From: Glaucostegus cemiculus
Lineage: Eukaryota
Direction: 5' to 3'
NCBI GenBank assembly: GCA_976551045.1
Contig: CDPCPM010000106.1
Location: forward strand, 22,444,001-22,508,000
Length of the DNA: 64,000 bases
Below the pieces are notes generated by a model. The model saw nothing but the letters and a program-made list of their open reading frames with translations, ran no database searches and had not been told where the DNA came from. Position 1 is the first letter of the stretch. Every line of letters begins with the position of its first letter. Both the position numbers and the translations under genes were made by a program. Positions 1 through 10,779 of the stretch are shown piece after piece.

Positions 1-938
1 AATATATGAGGGAATGTTTTTAAACTGGTGGATTGATTGCTGTTTATCCTCAGCACTGTGGTTGTATCATTGTAAGAGGATGAGAGAAGCAAAACAAGGA
101 AGCCAAAGCAGGAATTGGAGAGGCACCCAGGATGTGACAAAACAGAAAAGGAATTTGAGCTAATTAGTGTTTCCATGGCAAGACTGTACTGAAAAGGATG
201 CACATATTTTCCCTTAAAATTCTTACATTACATTGGCTGAACTTGTCTTATTGAAAACTCTTTTGCATTGCACATAGGATTTATTTTTGTTAATTAAAAG
301 GATTGTTTTGTTGAATTCAAGAGTCACCTTGTTAAATAATTTAATATTCTATAAAATCCCTGATGAGCCAACATAAATATTTATCATAAGATTATGTAAC
401 CATTCACAGTAGGATTTTGTAAATAAAGCAATTTGTAAGAAGTTTAAAGAAGTGTAAAAGGTTTAAGATCAAATATCTTTATTAGTTTGCTTTTAAATTA
501 AAAGCAAGTTTATATCATTTTTCAATGCTAAATTAAATACATGGTGTGGAATTTTCAAATTTTTAATTCTTTTAAATCTTATATTTTGATTTGGAATGAA
601 AACTGACAGGGTAGAGTTGACGTTCCTGAGGCATACTTTTTGCTGGCTAACTTGCAAAGTACTTCAACATAGAGTTTTAATCGGGAGATTGGAAGGCTTT
701 TTCTCCTGTAGCACACTTCCCACAGTTAAGTCTCATATGCAAACTAAAGCAAACGCAGGAGACAAACAGTCATTAAAGAGTCAACTTTCTGAGAAGCTGC
801 AGTTTGACCACATGGGGCTGAAATGTAATAGGGGAAGGGGAGAGTGCACAAGGTCGAATCTTCAGTGGCATTCATAATGTTGCACGATTGGCGGTGAAAA
901 TAGGATCACAACAGATGCTATTCAGTGTTGTGTGTGAC

Positions 939-956
939 AGAGAGAGAGAGAGAGAG
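939..956 (+). repeat. (AG)9 microsatellite
   Basis: AGAGAGAGAGAGAGAGAG read directly, preceded by a short TG run and followed by AGAGAGAG. Confidence 0.95.
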
Positions 957-2291
957 CACAAGAGAGAGCGACCAAAAAAGGGCGTTTCTTTGTCTGTACA
1001 GCAGGGAGACACTGAAATCGGTTGAGAGAAAAAAATGCAGTGGAAACCATTTGCCCAGAGTACTGCTTAAGATCCTGTGGCAGTTTTACAATCGAATAAA
1101 AGAAGTAAGTGTTTAAAACTCTTTTTAACCTCTACCTAAGTTCTGGAAAGTTGACAGGGCTGCTACAGGATTCTTTGTGGCTGAGAAAGCGTAACTGCAT
1201 CTAATTAGCCACAGAAGCTGACGTAGGCTATGGGATTAATCACAGCAGCTTTAGATTGCCCATGAGCCAACCAGTCGTGCTAACTTTCTTTAGACAGCAC
1301 ATGCTAAGGAAGGAGCTGCCCTGGGATTTTTGGAAAAGCTGGATAGAACGTGGAAGCTCTCAACACTCTTTTGTTCAACAGTAAAAGTTTGCCTTGCACA
1401 ACGTGACAGCTGGACACAACGTTTTCAAGGAAATTAAGTCAGTCATACCTCTTGCAGCTGGTTGTTACTGTTCATAAACCGAGGAGAAAGGATTTTTTTC
1501 CCCCAACATCTGGAGATTTAAGAAAAAAATTACCTGGATTAAAGCAGGAATAAATAAATAAGTGAACCTTGTCGGATGAGGATCTGAGCTGTTAGGCACC
1601 AGTGCATTTTAAATTGGAGTTAAACAGTGTAAACTTGTGCACCGACTGGAGTTGCAGGATTATGTCAAATATCTTCAACCTGAAAAGGATTGATTTATAA
1701 GTAATAAATGAACAATATTCTCTTTAAAGGAAAGCTCATCTGGAAACTTTTAGCCATTGTTCTGAAGTTGCACAGTTTTAAAAAATGCCATGATGTTGCT
1801 AAGAAAGGAAGCAGCTGAAGCTCCACTGATTGAAGAACTTCCTGTCTTTGAATCTGCCGGAATATCCGCCAAGAATCACTTTTCAAAAGAAAACATGTGG
1901 AATTTCAAGGACTGCCTCTCTTGCAGCAGCCGGGTATTTGGGCATTGTAGTTTGTGGTTAAAATGAAAGGAATTTACACAGAGTTGGAATACAGCAGTTG
2001 AAATACCTTATTCTTATCAGCCATGATGCATTTGAACAGAAAACTAGAGAGAATCTGACTTGAATGCACAAATGTGATCTGGCTGTTTCTCGTGGAATGA
2101 TTTTATAGATTGCCTGAGCTTCATTGATATGACAAGTGAGTAATATGTTGTTGGAATATCTAAACATTACAGAGTGTCTTTTGAATTAAAATATATGTGC
2201 ACACTTCTATTTTGGATTTGGAATACAGTTCATTAACTGTTTAAAACAAAATTGATCTATCTCTGTGGATTTTTGAAATTCCATTATAATT

Positions 2292-5200
2292 ATGGGGAAG
2301 CCACTCAGCAGGCCGGACTGTTTGCGACGTAATAATCCCACCTGTTTAAGAAAAAGTGAAGAGGACGATATGTACATTGAAGATTGTTACATTCCACAAA
2401 GATCCATATATGACACTATGAGAATTAATGAACAGATAGACCTCGGGACAAAGGCTACCCAGCCATCAAGAAGTTTTGTTGATCACTCACATTCGCAAAG
2501 CCAGAGAGCTGTAGATACTAGCACTTTATCAAGTAATGGAACTCCCACTACATCAAATGTATTTGAAACACGGACTAGTTCTGAAAGTAAAAAATTAGAT
2601 GAAAGACTCATATTTGATGCATTAAAACTGAGCAGTGATGTTATTCGGTCCTCTGGTCCACCAAAGAGGAGACCCCACGTAGAGAGGAAAGAAAACACAA
2701 ACAGGAGGTCCTGGAAAGCTTTCCTGCCTCCAAACTTCCCAGACTTCACAGAAAGAACAGAGGTCTCAGCAAATGAGCCGACAGGTAGTTCTAATTCAGT
2801 TAAAGAGAAGAGGCATTCTAGCCACTTGCCTATTGAAAGTCCTAATCTATCTCCTGAAAAAGAACTAGTCATAGTTAAGTCATCATTAAAAAATGAAAAC
2901 AAATCTGCAGGAACCCTGGCCTTTCAGCAAGGAGCAGAAAATAAATTGAAAGCTGCTGCAGTTTTATCTCAAAGTTCAGAAAGTGAAAGTGTTCCATTAA
3001 TGGAGTACAAAAATGTACTGGAGGTGACAAGATTTTTACCAGAGCATCATACAAGTATATCTGCAACATGGCCGAGAGCATTCAAGGCCAAAGGGATGTT
3101 GGAAGATGCCTCATTTCTACATAAGAGGACAAATGATCTGGCACAAGAAAGGAAAGTTACATATGCAGCATCTATAGAATGCCGAGGGCTGTTGGATTCT
3201 GGTGCAACCAAACTAGATATGCAAGAGGTTACAGCTGAATTTAATGAACAGAATTATGAAGCAGAATGTAAATGCCATGTAAATCTTGAAGTGGTGCAAC
3301 AGTGTGAAACTGAAGAAATGCTTTTTGCTTCAGAATTTCTTAGTGAAGAATTAGCGCTTCAGCAATTAGATGCAATAATCCTGGAGGGCAGAGGGGAAGA
3401 CACTGATTCCTTATTACAGTTTGAGCAAGAAGAGCGAAGGTTGACTGAGGAAAAAGACCTCATTGAAGATTTAGCACTTCAACAGCTGGATGGCGTAATC
3501 ATTAAAAATATAGATGACATGCTTATGCCAAGATTCGAAGAAGGACAAAAACTGATTGATGATGTAGAACCTGGAAAGAAACCATTTCAACGGTACGCTG
3601 TAATAGAAACCATGCAGGGAGATACTGAATCTCTTATACAATTTAAACATAATAGAAACCCTGTTGAAGATAAAGGATGTATTTCTGAAGAATCATTTCA
3701 TCTAGATGCTGCAACCTTGAGGGAGACAGAGGGGGATACAGATTCTCTGATACAGTTTGAAGAAATAGAGCGAAGCCTGATTGAAGACAAAGAATTTTAT
3801 GATGAGTTGGCATTTCAGCAACTCAATGCTGTCATTTTGGAAAACATGGAGGGATTCAATTTGAGGCTGCAGTCTGAAGAAGAAGATCGAAGACTGATCA
3901 AAGATGCAGAACTTCTGGATGAAAGATCGGCACTTCAGCATCTAGATGCTGTCATCTTGGAAAATACAGAGAGAAATACCGACTCTCTTACACGGTTTGA
4001 AGAAGAGCAAAGCCAGGCTGAAGATGTAAAATTCCATTTTGAAGATTCTGCACTTCCATTGGAAGCTATAACCTTGGAAAGCAATGAAGGAGATGCCGAC
4101 TCCCTCCTACAGTTTGAGGAAGAAGAGCGAAAGATGATTGAAGACAGCAAAGTTCTCTATGAAGAATCGGCATTTCAGCAGTTGGATGCTGTAATGCTGG
4201 CAAGCACAGATGGATGTTCAAATTCTTTGAGGTTTGAACAAGAAGAGAAAACAGTAATGGGCAAAGGTAAAATAATGGATACTGACATGTTAATAAAAGG
4301 GGAAAAAGAGTTTGTAGCTTTTCAAAAATTAAGCACTCCAGTTAATAGGAGTTCAGAGGAAGAGAAAATCTTTGAAGAGTTAGAAAGTAAACAGCAACAC
4401 AGGAGAATGACTACAACTGAACAAAGATCAACAACTTGTACAGATTGGGAAAATAACACTGATCGGAAAGAGGTATTGGAATGTACCCTTCTACAAGAAT
4501 GTGAAGCTAATCTTGGTGCCAGTGTAAATCAGCAAGAGGTTACAAATGTATCTAAAGAGGACTGTAATTTAAAAATCAGTCATGATGCCTCTGAAGAAAT
4601 TATGATCGATGCAGATGAGGTGTGCATTGATGAAAACATTAACAATGATGAAGAAACTGTATTTGCAACAGGAACTACAGGTATTGAATCAGAAGCCTTA
4701 ATTGATGGATGTGGAATGCTTAATACTATTATAGAGCATGAACAACTAAACTCTATTCAGTTGGAAGAATATGGAATGATTGCTCTGTGTCCTACAGCAG
4801 ATCCATGCATAACATCAGATTTAAATCTTGCTTGTTATGCTCAGGAAGTGGTCATGTTGCCTACTGTTGATGAAAATCAAGATATGCAGACAAACTTAGT
4901 CCAATCAAATGAAAATTTTGTTATTGAAAATTGTTCAACAGACTCCATTGAAGCGTCTTGTCTCGATCTCTCACATTGTGCTCAGCAGATGGCAACATTG
5001 CACAATGTGGTGGAGACCAAGGCTATACAGGCAGCTTGTGTCCAGTTAGAAGAATGTGAAATGGTTGTTGAGCCACCTACTACAAGTTATTCTCTCTATC
5101 CTTTAATACCTAATGTAGATCTCACAAACTGTTCTCAGGAAGAAATATGTTCAAATGTAATTGAAGAAGACTCTGATGTGGAGCAACTTCCTGGTGACTT

Positions 5201-5951
5201 TGGTGAAGGAGAGCAAGATTTTATTTCAGAAATTAAGAGCAGTAAATGCCTTGAATTTGAAGAATGCAAAATGCATGTTCAATCAGAGTTATCAAACTTG
5301 GAATTGGAATCTAAAGCAAGAGAGGTTCATGTGCTTCAGAAAGACAATCTCACTGATTTTCAGTTGGATGAACAGAAAGGTTTGATAGAGTCTGATGCAA
5401 TAATGTGCTCAGATGTTATAGACCCTGCTGCTTTACATCCAGTGGACATAGATACTACAGAAGAACCATGTGATAGTGATACCTCAAAAATAAATTCTGC
5501 ATCCAATATGGTTGTTGAAAACATTACATGTTGTAATGAGGTATTGTTGATTGATGATGATACCCAGCAGCCACTTGAAGCAATCAGGTTCCTTTTCCAA
5601 TCTGATGAAGATGAGGATATTGTCAAAACAACTGTGGAAGTACAAGCAAACAGAGCTCAAAGTTGGAAATCTGGCCTGCAGGCTGATTTGCAGGAAAATG
5701 TCTCCAGTTCATGCCTTGGTGATGACTTTATTGAAGTGGGAATGCTGGAGTATTTATTTGAGTCAGAGACACAGGAAGAATGCAATGAATCCAGTCCATG
5801 GGGATTGTCCTTGGACTCAGGTCCACTTGGTAAAATTTTAGAGACCAGTGGAGACTGCTTCAATGTGAAAACAGATAAACTCGAGTCTTCTGCTTTAAGT
5901 GAAGAGTTGGATACAGATGATGAGGTATTTATCTTCCTGTCTGATGCTTGA
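2292..5951 (+). CDS. KIAA0754: KIAA0754-like large single-exon ORF (1219 aa); probable alternative first coding exon of MACF1
   Basis: Uninterrupted 3660-nt ORF with strong Kozak context (A at -3, G at +4). The N-terminal ~150 aa (MGKPLSRPDCLRR..YIEDCYIPQRSIYDTMRINEQID..KKLDERLIFDALKLSSDV..NRRSWKAFLPPNFP) match my recollection of mammalian KIAA0754, which is nested in MACF1. The remainder is very acidic and repeat-containing. A candidate in-frame donor GAG|GTATTT lies at 5924/5925. Confidence 0.88.
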   Translation: MGKPLSRPDCLRRNNPTCLRKSEEDDMYIEDCYIPQRSIYDTMRINEQIDLGTKATQPSRSFVDHSHSQSQRAVDTSTLSSNGTPTTSNVFETRTSSESKKLDERLIFDALKLSSDVIRSSGPPKRRPHVERKENTNRRSWKAFLPPNFPDFTERTEVSANEPTGSSNSVKEKRHSSHLPIESPNLSPEKELVIVKSSLKNENKSAGTLAFQQGAENKLKAAAVLSQSSESESVPLMEYKNVLEVTRFLPEHHTSISATWPRAFKAKGMLEDASFLHKRTNDLAQERKVTYAASIECRGLLDSGATKLDMQEVTAEFNEQNYEAECKCHVNLEVVQQCETEEMLFASEFLSEELALQQLDAIILEGRGEDTDSLLQFEQEERRLTEEKDLIEDLALQQLDGVIIKNIDDMLMPRFEEGQKLIDDVEPGKKPFQRYAVIETMQGDTESLIQFKHNRNPVEDKGCISEESFHLDAATLRETEGDTDSLIQFEEIERSLIEDKEFYDELAFQQLNAVILENMEGFNLRLQSEEEDRRLIKDAELLDERSALQHLDAVILENTERNTDSLTRFEEEQSQAEDVKFHFEDSALPLEAITLESNEGDADSLLQFEEEERKMIEDSKVLYEESAFQQLDAVMLASTDGCSNSLRFEQEEKTVMGKGKIMDTDMLIKGEKEFVAFQKLSTPVNRSSEEEKIFEELESKQQHRRMTTTEQRSTTCTDWENNTDRKEVLECTLLQECEANLGASVNQQEVTNVSKEDCNLKISHDASEEIMIDADEVCIDENINNDEETVFATGTTGIESEALIDGCGMLNTIIEHEQLNSIQLEEYGMIALCPTADPCITSDLNLACYAQEVVMLPTVDENQDMQTNLVQSNENFVIENCSTDSIEASCLDLSHCAQQMATLHNVVETKAIQAACVQLEECEMVVEPPTTSYSLYPLIPNVDLTNCSQEEICSNVIEEDSDVEQLPGDFGEGEQDFISEIKSSKCLEFEECKMHVQSELSNLELESKAREVHVLQKDNLTDFQLDEQKGLIESDAIMCSDVIDPAALHPVDIDTTEEPCDSDTSKINSASNMVVENITCCNEVLLIDDDTQQPLEAIRFLFQSDEDEDIVKTTVEVQANRAQSWKSGLQADLQENVSSSCLGDDFIEVGMLEYLFESETQEECNESSPWGLSLDSGPLGKILETSGDCFNVKTDKLESSALSEELDTDDEVFIFLSDA
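3345..4250 (+). repeat. Coding tandem array of ~8 degenerate 37-40 aa acidic repeats in the KIAA0754-like ORF
   Basis: Units such as EELALQQLDAIILEGRGEDTDSLLQFEQEERRL, DELAFQQLNAVILENMEG, ERSALQHLDAVILENTERNTDSLTRFEEE and EESAFQQLDAVMLASTDGCSNSLRFEQEE recur about every 115-120 nt. Confidence 0.85.
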
Positions 5952-6031
5952 CATGTTTCCTGGGAAAATAGGTACTTAGGCATTACATGGAAACATTTTC
6001 AATTACTGAGCTTTATTCTCAGTGTCCTGTG

Positions 6032-6037
6032 AATAAA
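6032..6037 (+). promoter_or_regulatory. Candidate polyadenylation signal AATAAA
   Basis: Canonical hexamer 80 nt after the TGA at 5949-5951, followed by T/GT-rich sequence. The region is AT-rich, so chance occurrence is possible. Confidence 0.4.
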
Positions 6038-6314
6038 TTAGAAATGTGGAACTTCTACTTTTCAGTGGATTTTCAAACATATCTGCAGTATTTGTGGAAG
6101 TTTCAAGAAAACTGTAATGCCTCTTGTGTAAATTCAGCTTCTCAATGTCTTTCAACTCAAGGTGTATTAACTGTAGTGTTTGTGAAATATATTTACAATA
6201 ATGAGGAGGGAACATAAGCTGTCCTCAAGGCACAAATACTGAAGCTACGTTGTTGTCTGTTATTCATCTAATTATTTAGAACACAAAATGTATTTGTCTA
6301 CAGTGATGGCAAGT

Positions 6315-6705
6315 TCAGTTATGAGGAGAAGCTGGATTGGCTGGGTTTATTTTCTTTGGAGCAGAGGAAGCTGAGGGGGAATGTGACAGAGATGTACTGT
6401 CCCAAGAGGCATAGGTCAGATGGATAATGAGATACTTTACCCACAGCCAAGATGTCTAGAACTAGAGGGCATAGGTTTAAGGTGAGGATTAGTGGAGATC
6501 TGATTCCAGAGGGTGGTTGCAGTCTGGAATGTACTGCCTGAAAACGTGGTGGAAGTTGGTTTTCTCACAACATTTAAAATTTATTTGGACAAGCACTTGA
6601 ATCTCCAAGGCAAAGAAGGCTACAGACTAAGTACTAGTAAATAGGATTAGTGTAGATGGTCGGCATTAACATGTGGGCTGAAGGGCCTGTTTCTATGCTG
6701 TATGA
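6315..6705 (+). mobile_element. CR1/HER1-like LINE 3' fragment (decayed)
   Basis: Typical CR1 3'-end motifs (gttatgaggagaagctgg..., ctagagggcataggtttaaggtg) and tail gggctgaagggcctgtttctatgctgtatg. Confidence 0.75.
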
Positions 6706-7039
6706 GCATCCTGCTCAAAATTTCAGTAACATAACAGCGCAAGGTATAATGGGAGAAAACAAATGCACAATGGGTTGTCATGATTACTTCAGACAATAAT
6801 AGGTTAATATTTCAATACTGAAATAAGGATTATTTAGATTCATATTGTATAAAGATTGCTTATTCAGTAGCTCTGAAGTCTACAAGTGCATACATCAGAT
6901 TACAAGTCAGGCCTCAGACTTAACTTTTTGGTGATTTGTATGTATGACTTGAATCTTAATGTGCAGATGCAGGCAGACATATGTTTGATTGTTAAAAATA
7001 TTTCTGTTGATCTGATTTAAAGAATGTTTTGTGTTCATT

Positions 7040-7600
7040 CACCAGATGGAGTTGTAGCTGGTAAGGCGAACATTACCCTTCACTCATTGTGTGAGCATCC
7101 AGTGGTGTACTGCCTTCTCTAACTGTTGCATTCTATTGATGAAGATGCTTAGAGAAAGCCGTTAGAGAGCTCAGCATATTTTCTCAGCAATAATAATGAC
7201 ACAGCAAGATGGTGTGCAACTTGGAGTTTGTATTCTCTTGCACCTGCAGCCATTGTCCTCCTAGTTAGAACAGGTCATGAGTATAGTCAAAGAAATTTTG
7301 GCAAGTTGCTGCAATATTGACAATAAACACGACTGCTGCTGGATGCTGGTGGTGGTGGGTGGGTGGGTGGCAAAGATTGTGCATGAGGAGATAATTAAGC
7401 AAATTGCTCTGTCCTGAATAGAGTGAGTTTCTTAAATATTTTTGCACTCTGCGGGTGATGGAGAGGTGTTAGTTGGTTGGGAGATGAACCCATTCACTGC
7501 AAAATACCAATCATTTTATTCTTATTCATTTTCTGGGATCTGGGCTTAGCTAATCCATACCTAGTACCTAATGCTCATACCTAAACAGACCTGTGATATA
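7040..7600 (-). mobile_element. 3' fragments of a CR1/L2-clade non-LTR retrotransposon
   Basis: Resembles the minus-strand copy at 54520-54990 and the reverse complement of 61900-62225. Boundaries approximate. Confidence 0.5.
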
Positions 7601-7609
7601 TTTCCAAAT

Positions 7610-8545
7610 TGGTCATAAAGTGTACAACACAGAAGCAGGCCCTACAGCTCATCACATTTTTGGCAACCGTTTGGCCTATATACACTAATTCCATTTGTCT
7701 GCATTAGGACTGTATTCTTCTGTACCCTGCTTATTTAAGTGCTTGTCTAAGTATCTCTACAATGTGGTGATTGTATCTGACTCCATCTCTTCCTCTGGCA
7801 GTGAGTTCTAAATATCAACCATTCTGTGTTGTTTAAAAAAACATTCCCCTCAAATCCCCTTTTAATTCCCTTCCTCCCACCTTAAACCTCTGCCATCTTG
7901 CTTTTGATACCCCTACCTTGGGAAAAGGATTCTGATCATCTACTCTACCTGTGCCTCTTGTAATTTTATACACTGCTGTCAGGCCACCCCTCAGCCTCTT
8001 TCACTCCAGGGGAAATAAACCCAGCTTATCCAAACTCTTCACATAACTGAAGAGCAACATCCTGGTGAATCTCCTCTGCTTTCTGGCACAACCACATTCT
8101 TCTTATAGTGTGGCAACCAGAACTGCACACAATACTCCAAGTGAGCTCTAACCAGTGTTTTGTAAACCTACACAATAACGTCCCAACTTTTATATTCTGT
8201 GCCCTGACCTATAAAAGCAAGCATGCCAAATGCCTTCTTCACCAGTCTCCCTGTCTGTGTTTCTACTTTACGAGAACTGTGGACTTGAACCCCAAAGTCC
8301 CTTTGTTCATCAGCATTCTGTAGTGCCTTACTATTTACCATATGTATACCACCCACTATTTTACTGCCAAAATGCATCACCTCGCACCTCCTCAATAAAG
8401 GAACAACACTAGCTATCCTCCAGTTTTCTGGGACCTCATCTCTGGCTAACAAAGAGATGCAAAAATCTCCATCAGGGTTGCAACTATCTCCTCCCTTGCT
8501 TCCCATGGGCACCCTGAGGTAGATCTCATCCAATTTATCAACCCT
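7610..8545 (-). mobile_element. CR1/HER1-like LINE fragment
   Basis: Minus-strand ORF 8168-8608 has CR1 ORF2 remnants (EVPENWRIASVVPL; CEVMHFG; QRDFGVQVHSS..VKKAFGMLAFI). The reverse-complement tail is at about 7612-7650. Confidence 0.85.
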
Positions 8546-8549
8546 TGTG

Positions 8550-9620
8550 CATTCCATAATGGTTTGTGACTTGGAGGAGATACTGTTGGTAGTGATGCTC
8601 CCAGGCACAAGCTGTCCTTGTCCTCCTCCGTGGTTGGAGGCTTGGGAGGTGCTGTCAAAGCATTTTGTAGGTGGTACACTCTACAGCCACTCTGCGCCAG
8701 GGAATGAATGCTTATGTTAGTGGATGGGCTGCCAGTGAAGCTGGCTATTTTGCCTGGATGGTGCTATACTTACTAGGAATTGCACACAACCAGGCAAGTA
8801 TCCCATTATACTCTTCACTTCTGGTGTGCAGACAGGAAGTCAAGAGGTGAGACATTTGCCATACGACACTCAGTTTCTGACCTGCATCCATAGCCATGGT
8901 ATTTGCTTATCTGTCTGTTCAGTTGAGATCTTGGTTAACAATGACCACTTGCCCCTAGGTGTTGATGATGGGGGCAAAGGTAGGTGGTTAGATTCTCTTT
9001 TGTTGGAGGTGATCTTTGCCTGACAGGTGATCCATATGCTATTTGCTACTTGCTAGCCCATGCCTAAATGTTGTCTAAGTCTTACTGCATGCAGGCGTGA
9101 ACCATTTTATTTGCTGAACAGTTGTTAATGAAATTGAATATTGTGTTACATCCCCGTGAGGATCTCCTGCAGTGATGATTGACCTCGAAAGGTTGACCTC
9201 AAGCTACCACAGTCATCTTCATTTACTTGAGGATGACTCCAGTCAATGGACTGATTTCCTTGTTAACCAGTCTTACCAATGCTCTTTGCTGTCACACTCA
9301 GTCAAATGCTGCCTTGACATCAAGGGCAGTCATTCTGGTCTAACCTCTGGAATTTAGCTCTTTGGGCCATGCTTGGACTAAAATTGTGATGAGATCTGGA
9401 GCCAAGTGATAACAAAACCCAAATTGGGCATTGGCAAGCAGCTTATTGGTGAGTAAGTACTGCTGGATAGTATTGACAATAACATTTTCCTTCACATTGA
9501 TTGAGAGTAGGCAGATTGCAGTAATGAACCAGAATGGGTTTGGCCTGCTTTTTGTGAACTGGACATTCCTGGGCAATTTTCCACAATGTCGAGTGAATTG
9601 AAGATTGGCTTCTCTGATGG
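8550..9620 (-). mobile_element. CR1/L2-clade LINE fragment (RT and 3' region)
   Basis: ORF 9340-9576 contains LLANAQFGF..APDLITILVQAW..ELNSRG (RT region). Same family as the + strand copy at 60640-62225. Confidence 0.75.
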
Positions 9621-9874
9621 TGTGGGTCTCAGCTGGAGACCTACTCCGCCAGCCACAGGATTTTGTGCGGATAGTTAAGTTGATTATTTAGTCAATGGGT
9701 GACACCCCTATGCAGCTCGGGATAGGTCAACAATATTCTACCTCAGTTGTTGCTCATAACAGAGAGGCTGGGAAAGAGATTCAGCAGGATGTCGTCAAGG
9801 ACGGAGCATTTCAGCTACGAGGAGCAACTGGTAGACTGTTTATTTTCTTTCGAGTAGGAGATGGGGGGGAGAGA

Positions 9875-10110
9875 CCTGGCTGAGGTATATGAAATTACGA
9901 GAAAGCACAGATGGGGTAAAAGTTTAACGTAAGGGGTGGTTGAAATCCGGAATGCACCACCTCAGGTGGCTAGTCAAGGTAGCTATTCTGACATTTAAAA
10001 AGTAATCAGATGAGCAAATGGTAGAGAAGTTCATGGGTCGAGTGCTGGGAAATGGGCAGCACACACACAATGCGCCGAAGGCCCTGTTTTTGTATTGTCT
10101 GATTCTTTAG
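9875..10110 (+). mobile_element. Short CR1/HER1-like 3' end
   Basis: gaggtatatgaaatta... and tail gccgaaggccctgtttttgtattgtctgattct resemble other CR1 tails in the window. Confidence 0.6.
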
Positions 10111-10779
10111 CTGAGATTTGCTTTTTTTTCCCTATTTTCAGGTGTTTTATGTGCATTAGAAGTATTCATATTGCATGATAAGTATATGCCAAGGTCTTGT
10201 GCTTTCACATTCCTTCTCTATTTTGAATGTACTGTGTTTACAACTGTGAAAGCTATTAGATCATTTTCTGGTGTTGATCATTTATAAGGTCATGCTTGGA
10301 TTCTTGGATCAATTCATTCTTGGATCTCTAAAAGCAGAAGTCTTGAAAACATCTTGAGTATTTGCACAAGGTTGGCGTGATGGAATCAATAACCTGTGTA
10401 GCATGCTGTCAAAATTTTTTTTTCAAATGTTCATTTGAAGTTGTCTGTTTTGTGTCATGGCCTAACACAAAATGAAAGTGTAATCTTTAGTTAATAACCT
10501 GCACATACTATGCCCTTTGGTTTGGGAAATCACTTGAATGTTAAGACATGGGAATATAGAATCCATGGGCATTGGCTTTGTGTGGCAGACAGCTGGAATT
10601 GAAAGTTGATTCTTCCATTCGTTGCTGAAACTGCTAACAAATTGGTCTTTCCGGATATATTTAAAAAATAGATTTAGTTTTAATTAAGATAAAATGTTAT
10701 TGGTCAGTGTTTTCAGTTGCTTTGCTGGTGCCAAATAACACACACTTCTCAACCATTGGGGAGGATTTCCAATCCCATT

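Noticed and set aside
3786-3812. FFAT-like motif EFYDELA
   Set aside because: Glu at the position normally occupied by Ala/Cys/Ser is disfavoured, and the sequence is explained as a repeat-unit junction.
2483-5983. Antisense and alternate-frame ORFs overlapping the large ORF
   Set aside because: These are short Ser/Phe-rich shadows of Glu/Asp-rich coding sequence with no independent signals.
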